NCBI GenBank assembly: GCA_040954595.2
Contig: CM082582.2
Location: forward strand, 434,001 to 498,000
DNA length: 64,000 nucleotides
Direction: 5' to 3'
Source of the DNA: Balanoglossus misakiensis
Taxonomy: Eukaryota > Animalia > Hemichordata
A program made the translations under genes and the position numbers. Below the pieces are notes generated by a model. The model made no database searches, had not been told where the DNA came from, and saw nothing but the letters and a program-made list of their open reading frames with translations. Of this stretch, positions 53,269 through 64,000 are shown in pieces (position 1 is the stretch's first letter; each line of letters begins with the position of its first letter).

Positions 53269-56200
53269 CATATATGATCAGGGCACCAAATTCGAAGAAC
53301 AAAGGTTTTTTTTATTTTTTTTTCTAAAAATGACATTTTCAAGGAAAATTTGGTAAAACGCAATTTTGTCTGCAGTGAGCCATATTAGACTGTCTTTTTT
53401 TTGGAATTTGTATCGATATATACATACGAAGAGCATTCTATACTCCATCAGATTTCCGAAAATGTAGAAAACAGGTATTTTTTGTAATTTTCAAAAATTT
53501 TCCATTTTGACCAAATTGTGCTAAAATTGTTATTTTCGTGTTGAATGCCGCCAATGTCACTGCTTTTAAAAGTCATAAAAACTTTTAACATACAAGCAAT
53601 TCTTTATATATGATCAGGTCACCGAATTAAAAAAATAAAGAATGTTTTGCCTAAAAATGACCTTTTAGGTGCAAAAACGAATAAAACGTAATTTTGTATT
53701 AAATCAGCTCATTCAGAGTGCATTTTTTATAATCAGCACCATTTTTACATATAATTGAAATTTCATACATCATTAGATATCCAAATATGAAAAAATGATT
53801 TAGATTTTAGATGATTGTCCAAAATTAGCTGATATCTAATAAATGTAGTATTGAACCGTTCTGTTTGCCCCCCCCCCCCCCCCTACATTATATGCGGTAC
53901 GCCGATGTCAGCTTACCCGGCAGTACTGCAGGCCGTGCCCCCAACTAACGTCGGTGTTTGGAACGCCCTGGTTAAATTCGGGCTTTCTCTATAAATTGAC
54001 AGGCAATAATGCAGTCCTACCCGAACAAATGTCGAGTGTTGACCCGCTGTGACTTACCATCTTCGGTTTGCCCGACTTAGCCAACGTCTTTGTACTAGAG
54101 TGTCAGGTCTTTTGCAGAGCCAGGCCGAAGGAAATCCGACTTGATCACCGTTGCTAACGAACGCTAGTGTCTGTCATGGTGTGCCGGGGTTTTAGTCGAG
54201 CCAGGCCGTAGGAGATCTGACTTGATCATCGTGGTCAATGTACGCGTGTTTCCGTTCTAAAGTGCCGGGGCTTCAGCGAAACCAGACCGTAGGAAATCCG
54301 ACGTAATCACCGTTGATAACTTACGCCAGTCTGTGTCATATAGAGCCGGTGCACAAGCCGAGTCACGCCGTAGGAAATCTGACTTGATCAACGTGGTCAA
54401 TGTACGCCTGTTTCTGCTCTAGAGTGCCGGGGCTTCAGCTGAGCCAGGCCGTAGGAAACCCGACGTGATTACCGTTGTTAACTTACGCCAGTCTGTGTCC
54501 TATATATAGTGCCGGGGCATCAGCCGTGCCAGGCCGAAGGAAATGTGAGTAGATCAACGTGGTCTCTGTACGCGTGTTTCTGCTCTAGAGTGCCAGGGCT
54601 TTAGCCAAGCCATGCCGTAGGAAATCTGACTTGATCAACGTTGCTAACGAACGCTAGTGTCTGTCATAGTGTGCCGGGGTTTTAGTCGAGCCAAGCCGTA
54701 GGAGATCAGACTTGATCAACGTGGTCTCTGTACGCGTGTTTCTGCTCTAGAGTGCCGGGGCTTTATCCAAGCCATGCCGTAGAAAATCTGACTTGATCAC
54801 CGTTGCTAACGTACGCTAGTGTCTGTCATATTGTGACGGAGATTTAGCCGAGCCAGGCCATAGAAAAATCGACTTGTTCAACGTTACCAGTGTGCAACTG
54901 TTTCTGCTCTAGAGTGTCAGGGTTTTAGCCGACTTATGCTGTAGGAAATCTGAGTTGATGAACGGGAATTCAATGTTAGAAAACCCTTGTGGAAAGTATC
55001 TCTACCCGTTTGAAACTAAGAAAAGAATTTATTCTTATTTATTTTGTAAAAAAGACAATTTTTCGAAAAAAAGTCGAAAATGGTAATTTTGTCTTGGGTG
55101 ATTCAAATTATACCGCCTTTTCTGGAATTTGCTGCACTTCTTACAAGAGAACGACACTTCATGCTCCATAATATTTCGGAAAATGAAGAAAAGAGTTATT
55201 TTTTATGATTTTTTAAAAATTTACCATTTTTGTCAAAATATGGCCAAAATGGCTATTTTTTCTTGAATTCCGTCAATATATCTGCATTTTTGGAGTGGTC
55301 GAAAGTTTTAACATACAATCAACATGACATATATGACCAGGGCACCAAATTCGAAGAACAAAGGTTTTTTTATTTTTTTTCTTCTAAAAATGACATTTTC
55401 AAGGAAAATTTGGTAAAACGCAATTTTGTCTGCAGTGAGCCAAATTAGACGGTCTTTTGTGGAATTTGTATCGATATATACATACGAAGAGCATTCTATA
55501 CTTCATCAGATTTCCGAAAATGTAGAAAACAGGTATTTTTTGTAATTTTCAAAAATTTACCATTTTGACCAAATTGTGGCTAAAATTGTTATTTTCGTGT
55601 TGAATGCGGCCAGTGTCACTGCTTTTAAAAGTCATAAAATGTTTTAACATACAAGCAATTGTTTATATATGATCAGGTCACCGAATTAAAAAAATAAAGA
55701 ATGTTTTGCCTAAAATTGACCTTTTTGGTGCAAAAACGAATAAAACGCAATTTTGTATTAAATCAGAGTGCATTTTTTATAATCAGCTCCATTTTTACAT
55801 ATAATGGAAATTTCATACATCATCAGATATCCAAATATGAAAAAATGATTTAGATTTTAGATGATTGTCCTTAATTAGCTGATATCTAATAAATGTAGTA
55901 TTGAACCGTTCTGCCCCCCCCCCCCTACATTATATGCGGTACGCCGATGTCAGCTTACCCGGCAGTACTGCAGGCCGTGCCCCCAATTAACGTCAGTGTT
56001 TGAAACGCCCTGGTTAAATTCGGGCTTTCTCTATAAATTGACAGGCAATAATGCAGTCCTACCCGAACAAATGTCGATTGTTGACCCGCTGTGACTTTCC
56101 CTCTTCGGTTTGCCCGACTTAGCCAACGTCTTTGTACTAGAGTGTCGGGTCTTTTGCAGAGCCACGCCGAAGGAAATCCGACTTGATCACCGTTGCTAAC

Positions 56201-59200
56201 GAACGCTAGTGTCTGTCATGGTGTTCCGGGGTTTTAGTCGAGCCAGGCCGTAGGAGATCTGACTTGATCATCGTGGTCAATGTACGCGTGTTTCCGCTCT
56301 AAAGTGCCGGGGCTTCAGCTAAACCAGGCCGTAGGAAATCCGACGTAATCACCGTTGATAACTTACGCCAGTCTGTGTCATATAGAGCCGGTGCACCAGC
56401 CGAGTCACGCCGTAGGAAATCTGACTTGATCAACGTGGTCAATGTACGCCTGTTTCTGCTCTAGAGTGGCGGGGCTTCAGCTGAGCCAGGCCGTAGGAAA
56501 CCCGACGTGATTACCGTTGTTAACTTACGCCAGTCTGTGTCCTATATATAGTGCCGGGGCATCAGCCGTGCCAGGCCGAAGGAAATGTGAGTAGATCAAC
56601 GTGGTCTCTGTACGCGTGTTTCTGCTCTAGAGTGCCAGGGCTTTAGCCAAGCCATGCCGTAGGAAATCTGACTTGATCAACGTTGCTAACGAACGCTAGC
56701 GTCTGTCATAGTGTGCCGGGGTTTTAGTCGAGCCAAGCCGTAGGAGATCAGACTTAATCAACGTGGTCTCTGTACGCGTGTTTCTGCTCTAGAGTGCCGG
56801 GGCTTTATCCAAGCCATGCCGTAGAAAATCTGACTTCATCACCGTTGCTAACGTACGCTAGTGTCTGTCATATTGTGACGGTGATTTAGCAGAGCCAGGC
56901 CCTAGAAAAATCGACATGTTCAACGTTACCAGTGTGCAACTGTTTCTGCTCTAGAGTGTCAGGGTTTTAGCCGACTTATGCTGTAGGAAATCTGAGTTGA
57001 TGAATGGGAATTCAATGTTAGAAAACCCGTGTGGAAAGTATCTCTACCCGTTTGAAACTAAGAAAAGAATTTATTCTTATTTATTTTGTAAAAAAGACAA
57101 TTTTTCGAAAAAAAGTCGAAAATGGTAATTTTGTCTTGGGTGATTCAAATTATACCGCCTTTTCTGGAATTTGCTGCACTTCTTACAAGAGAACGACACT
57201 TCATGCTCCATAATATTTCGGAAAATGGAGAAAAGAGTTATTTTTTTATGATTTTTTAAAAATTTACCATTTTTGTCAAAATATGGCCAAAATGGCTATT
57301 TTTTCTTGAATTCCGTCAATATATCTGCATTTTTGGAGTGGTCGAAAGTTTTAACATACAATCAACATGTCATATATGATTAGGGCACCAAATTCGAAGA
57401 ACAAAGGTTTTTTTATTTTTTTTCTTCTAAAAATGACATTTTCAAGGAAAATTTGGTAAAACGCAATTTTGTCTGCAGTGAGCCAAATTAGACGGTCTTT
57501 TGTGGAATTTGTATCGATATATACATACGAAGAGCATTCTATACTCCATCAGATTTCCGAAAATGTAGAAAACAGGTATTTTTTTGTAATTTTCAAAAAT
57601 TTACCATTTTGACCAATTTGTGGCTAAAATTGTTATTTTCGTGTTGAATGCCGCCAGTGTCACTGCTTTTAAAAATCATAAAAAATTTTAACATACAAGC
57701 AATTGTTTATATATGATCAGGTCACCGAATTAAAAAAAAAAGAATGTTTTGCCTAAAAATGACCTTTTTGGTGCAAAAACGAATAAAACGCAATTTTGTA
57801 TTAAATCAGAATACATTTTTTATAATCAGCACCATTTTTACATGTAATGGAAATACATCATCAGATATCCAAATATGAAAAAATGATTTAGATTTTAGAT
57901 GATTGTCCAAAATTAGCTGATATCTAATAAATATAGTATTGAACCGTTCTGTCCCCCCCCCCCCTACATTATATGCGGTACGCCGATGTCAGCTTACCCG
58001 GCAGTACTGCAGGCCGTGCCCCCAACTAACGTCGGTGTTTGAAACGCCCTGGTTAAATTCGGGCTTTCTCTATAAATTGACAGGCAATAATGCAGTCCTA
58101 CCGGAACAAATGTCGAGTGTTGACCCGCTGTGACTTTCCCTCTTCGGTTTGCCCGACTTAGCCAACGTCTTTGTACTAGAGTGTCGGGTCTTTTGCAGAG
58201 CCAGGCCGAAGGAAATCCGACTTGATCACCGTTGCTAACGAACGCTAGTGTCTGTCATGGTGTGCCGGGGTTTTAGTCGAGCCAGGCCGTAGGAGATCTG
58301 ACTTGATCATCGTGGTCAATGTACGCGTGTTTCCGCTCTAAAGTGCCGGGGCTTCAGCTAAACCAGGCCGTAGGACATCCGCCGTAATCACCGTTGATAA
58401 CTTACGCCAGTCTGTGTCATATAGAGCCGGTGCACCAGCCGAGTCACGCCGTAGGAAATCTGACTTGATCAACGTGGTCAATGTACGCCTGTTTCTGCTC
58501 TAGAATGCCGGGGCTTCAGCTGAGCCAGGCCGTAGGAAACCCGACGTGATTACCGTTGTTAACTTACGCCAGTCTGTGTCATATATATAGTGCCGGGGCA
58601 TCAGCCGTGCCAGGCCGAAGGAAATGTGAGTAGATCAACGTGGTCTCTGTACGCGTGTTTCTGCTCTAGAGTGCCAGGGCTTTAGCCAAGCCATGCCGTA
58701 GGAAATCTGACTTGATCAACGTTGCTAACGAACGCTAGTGTCTGTCATAGTGTGCCGGGGTTTTAGTCGAGCCAAGCCGTAGGAGATCAGACTTGATCAA
58801 CGTGGTCTCTGTACGCGTGTTTCTGCTCTAGAGTGCCGGGGCTTTATCCAAGCCATGCCGTAGAAAATCTGACTTGATCACCGTTGCTAACGTACGCTAG
58901 TGTCTGTCATATTGTGACGGACATTTAGCGGAGCCAGGCCGTAGAAAAATCGACTTGTTCAACGTTACCAGTGTGCAACTGTTTCTGCTCTAGAGTGTCA
59001 GGGTTTTAGCCGACTTATGCTGTAGGAAATCTGAGTTGATGAAGGGGAATTCAATGTTAGAAAACCCGTGTGGAAAGTATCTCTACCCGTTTGAAACTAA
59101 GAAAAGAATTTATTCTTATTTATTTTGTAAAAAAGACAATTTTTCGAAAACATGTCGAAAATGGTAATTTTGTCTTGGGTGATTGAAATTATACCGCCTT

Positions 59201-62200
59201 TTCTGGAATTTGCAGCACTTTTTACAAGAGAACGACACTTCATGCTCCATAATATTTCCGAAAAAATAAGAAAAGAGTTAATTTTTTATGATTTTTTAAA
59301 AATTTACCATTTTTGTCAAAATATGGCCAAAATGGCTATTTTTTCTTGAATTCCGTCAATATCTCTGCATTTTTGGAGTGGTCGAAAGTCTTAACATACA
59401 ATCAACATGTCATATATGATCAGGGCACCAAATTCGAAGAACAAAGGTTTTTTAATTTTTTTTTCTAAAAATGACATTTTCAAGGAAAATTTGGTAAAAC
59501 GCAATTTTGTCTGCAGTGAGCCAAATTAGACGGTCTTTTGTGGAATTTGTATCGATATATACATGCGAAGAGCATTCTATACTCCATCAGATTTCCGAAA
59601 ATGTAGAAAACAGGTATTTTTTGTAATTTTCAAAAATTTACCATTTTGACCAAATTGTGGCTACAATTGTTATTTTCGTGTTGAATGCCGCCAGTGTCAC
59701 TGCTTTTAAAAGTCATAAAAACTTTTAACATACAAGCAATTGTTTATATATGATCAGGTCACCGAATTAAAAAAATAAAGAATGTTTTGCCTAAAAATGA
59801 CCTTTTTGGTGCAAAAACAAATAAAACGCAATTTTGTATTGAATCAGAATGCATTTTTTATAATCATCACCATTTTTACATATAATGGAAATTTCATACA
59901 TCATCAGATATCCAAATATGAAAAAATGATTTAGATTTTAGATGATTGTCCAAAATTAGTTGATATCTAATAAATGTAGTATTGAACCATTCTGTTCCCC
60001 CCCCCCCCTACATTATATGCGGTACGCCGATGTCAGCTTACCCGGCAGTACTGCAGGCCGTGCCCCCAACTAACGTCGGTGTTTGAAACGCCCTGGTTAA
60101 TTTCGGGCTTTCTCTATAAATTGACAGGCAATAATGCAGTCCTACCCGAACAAATGTCAAGTGTTGAACCGCTGTGACTTTCCCTCTTCGGTTTGCCCGA
60201 CTTAGCCAACGTCTTTGTACTAGAGTGTCGGGTCTTTTGCAGAGCCAGGCCGAAGGAAATCCGACTTGATCACCGTTGCTAACGAACGCTAGTGTCTATC
60301 ATGGTGTGCCGGGGTTTTAGTCGAGCCAGGCCGTAGGAGATCTGACTTGATCATCGTGGTCAATGTACGCGTGTTTCCGCTCTAAAGTACCGGGGCCTCA
60401 GGTAAACCAGGCCGTAGGAAATCCGACGTAATCACCGTTGATAACTTACGCCAGTCTGTGTCATATAGAGCCGGTGCACCAGCCGAGTCACGCCGTAGGA
60501 AATCTGACTTGATCAACGTGGTCAATGTACGCCTGTTTCTGCTCTAGAGTGCCGGGGCTTCAGCTGAGCCAGGCCGTAGGAAACCCGACGTGATTACCGT
60601 TGTTAACTTACGCCAGTCTGTGTCATATATATAGTGCCGGGGCATCAGCCGTGCCAGGCCGAAGGAAATGTGAGTAGATCAACGTGGTCTCTGTACGCGT
60701 GTTTCTGCTCTAGAGTGCCAGGGCTTTAGCCAAGCCATGCCGTAGGAAATCTGACTTGATCAACGTTGCTAACGAACGCTAGTGTCTGTCATAGTGTGCC
60801 GGGGTTTTAGTCGAGCCAAGCCGTAGGAGATCAGACTTGATCAACGTGGTCTCTGTACGCGTGTTTCTGCTCTAGAGTGCCGGGGCTTTATCCAAGCCAT
60901 GCCGTAGAAAATCTGACTTGATCACCGTTGCTAACGTACGCTAGTGTCTGTCATATTGTGACGGAGATTTAGCCGAGCCAGGCCATAGAAAAATCGACTT
61001 GTTCAACGTTACCAGTGTGCAACTGTTTCTGCTCTAGAGTGTCAGGGTTTTAGCCGACTTATGCTGTAGGAAATCTGAGTTGATGAACGGGAATTCAATG
61101 TTAGAAAACCCTTGTGGAAAGTATCTCTACCCGTTTGAAACTAAGAAAAGAATTTATTCTTATTTATTTTGTAAAAAAGACAATTTTTCGAAAAAAAGTC
61201 GAAAATGGTAATTTTGTCTTGGGTGATTCAAATTATACCGCCTTTTCTGGAATTTGCTGAACTTCTTACAAGAGAACGACACTTCATGCTCCATAATATT
61301 TCGGAAAATGAAGAAAAGAGTTATTTTTTTATGATTTTTTAAATATTTACCATTTTAGTCAAAATATGGCCAAAATGGCTATTTTTTCTTGAATTCCGTC
61401 AATATATCTGCATTTTTGGAGTGGTCGAAAGTTTTAACATACAATCAACATGTCATATATGATCAGGGCACCAAATTCGAAGAACAAAGGTTTTTTTATT
61501 TTTTTTTCTTCTAAAAATGACATTTTCAAGGAAAATTTGGTAAAACGCATTTTGTCTGCAGTGAGCCAAATTAGACGGTCTTTTGTGGAATTTGTATCGA
61601 TATATCCATACGAAGAGCATTCTATACTCCATCAGATTTCCGAAAATGTAGAAAACAGGTATTTTTTTGTAATTTTCAAAAATTTACCATTTTGACCAAA
61701 TTGTGGCTAAAATTGTTATTTTCGTGTTGAATGCCGCCAGTGTCACTGCTTTTAAAAGTCATAAAAACTTTTAACATACAAGCAATTGTTTATATATGAT
61801 CAGGTCACCGAATTAAAAAAATAAAGAATGTTTTGCCTAAAAATGACCTTTTTGGTGTAAAAACGAATAAAACGCAATTTTGTATTAAATCAGAATGCAT
61901 TTTTTATAATCAGCACCATTTTTACATGTAATGGAAATTTCATTCATCATCAGATATCCAAATATGAAAAAATGATTTAGATTTTAGATGATTGTCCAAA
62001 ATTAGCTGATATCTAATAAATGTAGTATTGAACCGTTCTGTCCCCCCCCCCCCTACATTATATGCGGTACGCCGATGTCAGCTTACCCGGCAGTATTGCA
62101 GGCCGTGCCCCCAACTAACGTTGGTGTTTGAAACGCCCTGGTTAAATACGGGCTTTCTCTATAAATTGACAGGCAATAATGCAGTCCTACCCGAACAAAT

Positions 62201-64000
62201 GTCAAGTGTTAAACCGCTGTGACTTTCCCTCTTCGGTTTGCCCGACTTAGCCAACGTCTTTGTACTAGAGTGTCGGGTCTTTTGCAGAGCCAGGCCGAAG
62301 GAAATCCGACTTGATCACCGCTGTAACGAACGCTAGTGTCTATCATGGTGTGCCGGGGTTTTAGTCGAGCCAGGCCGTAGGAGATCTGACTTGATCATCG
62401 TGGTCAATGTACGCGTGTTTCCGCTCTAAAGTACCGGGGCTTCAGGTAAACCAGGCCGTAGGACATCCGCCGTAATCACCGTTGATAACTTACGCCAGTC
62501 TGTGTCATATAGAGCCGGTGCACCAGCCGAGTCACGCCGTAGGAAATCTGACTTGATCAACGTGATCAATGTACGCCTGTTTCTGCTCTAGAATGCCGGG
62601 GCTTCAGCTGAGCCAGGCCGTAGGAAACCCGACGTGATTACCGTTGTTAACTTACGCCAGTCTGTGTCCTATATATAGTGCCGGGGCATCAGCCGTGCCA
62701 GGCCGAAGGAAATGTGAGTAGATCAACGTGGTCTCTGTACGCGTGTTTCTGCTCTAGAGTGCCTTGGCTTTAGCCAAGCCATGCCGTAGGAAATCTGACT
62801 TGATCAACGTTGCTAACGAACGCTAGTGTCTGTCATAGTGTGCCGGGGTTTTAGTCGAGCCAAGCCGTAGGAGATCAGACTTGATAAACGTGGTCTCTGT
62901 ACGCGTGTTTCTGCTCTAGAGTGCCGGGGCTTTATCCAAGCCATGCCGTAGAAAATCTGACTTGATCACCGTTGCTAACGTACGCTAGTGTCTGTCATAT
63001 TGTGACGGACATTTAGCGGAGCCAGGCCGTAGAAAAATCGACTTGTTCAACGTTACCAGTGTGCAACTGTTTCTGCTCTAGAGTGTCAGGGTTTTAGCCG
63101 ACTTATGCTGTAGGAAATCTGAGTTGATGAACGGGAATTCAATGTTAGAAAACCCGTGTGGAAAGTATCTCTACCCGTTTGAAACTAAGAAAAGAATTTA
63201 TTCTTATTTATTTTGTAAAAAAGACAATTTTTCGAAAACAAGTCGAAAATGGTAATTTTGTCTTGGGTGATTTAAATTATACCGCCTTTTCTGGAATTTG
63301 CAGCACTTTTTACAAGAGAACGACACTTCATGCTCCATAATATTTCCGAAAAAATAAGAAAAGAGTTAATTTTTTATGATTTTTTAAAAATTTACCATTT
63401 TTGTCAAAATATGGCCAAAATGGCTATTTTTTCTTGAATTCCGTCAATATCTCTGCATTTTTGGAGTGGTCGAAAGTCTTAACATACAATCAACATGTCA
63501 TATATGATCAGGGCACCAAATTCGAAGAACAAAGGTTTTTTAATTTTTTTTCCTAAAAATGACATTTTCAAGGAAAATTTGGTAAAACGCAATTTTGTCT
63601 GCAGTGAGCCAAATTAGACGGTCTTTTGTGGAATTTGTATCGATATATACATGCGAAGAGCATTCTATTCTCCATCAGATTTCCGAAAATGTAGAAAACA
63701 GGTATTTTTTGTAATTTTCAAAAATTTACCATTTTGACCAAATTGTGGCTACAATTGTTATTTTCGTGTTGAATGCCGCCAGTGTCACTGCTTTTAAAAG
63801 TCATAAAAACTTTTAACATACAAGCAATTGTTTATATATGATCAGGTCACCGAATTAAAAAAATAAAGAATGTTTTGCCTAAAAATGACCTTTTTGGTGC
63901 AAAAACGAATAAAACGCAATTTTGTATTGAATCAGAATGCATTTTTTATAATCAGCACCATTTTTACATATAATGGAAATTTCATACATCATCAGATATC

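Larger units (their letters stand above)
1..64000. repeat. Tandem array of a composite ~2.05 kb macrosatellite (~28 units), interrupted by transposon insertions
   Basis: The anchor 'aaccgttctg..(C)n..tacatta' recurs 27 times (about 735, 2197, 4251, 6303, 8353 ... 59998, 62042), all in the same orientation. Modal spacing is 2040-2060 bp (ORF-track copies 5351 and 7402 differ by 2051); uninterrupted units range about 1460-2480 bp. The array runs off both window ends. Confidence 0.98.

Noticed and set aside
41-63340. Dozens of recurring 60-110 aa ORFs (MESISTRL..., MSKYGQNG..., MNRSVPPP...)
   Set aside because: They are translations of the satellite. Most start at TTG/GTG, frames shift freely between copies with homopolymer length, and no domain is recognisable.

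Overview
Eukaryotic repetitive DNA with no host gene. The whole window is a head-to-tail array of about 28 copies of a composite ~2.05 kb macrosatellite. Each unit has an AT-rich block of ~168/335-bp subrepeats, a short linker with a variable poly-C tract, and a GC/CpG-rich block of about ten 81-bp monomers alternating as 162-bp dimers. The array carries four insertions with readable boundaries. (1) A 190-bp 5'-truncated L2/CR1-group LINE with a (TAA)n tail at 20463-20652. (2) A full-length Tx1-type (L1 clade) retrotransposon at 37319-44108 with a 13-bp TSD and poly-A. (3) A 1764-bp non-autonomous DNA transposon with a 9-bp TSD that splits the Tx1 ORF1 (38347-40110). (4) A 2387-bp foldback element with TAC..ATA ends and a 6-bp TSD, IS3EU-like, at 50882-53268. 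The two unrelated LINEs inserted at almost the same position of the B-type 81-bp monomer. Most short ORFs in the track are satellite artefacts. Coordinates were read by eye and family assignments rest on motifs, not database searches.
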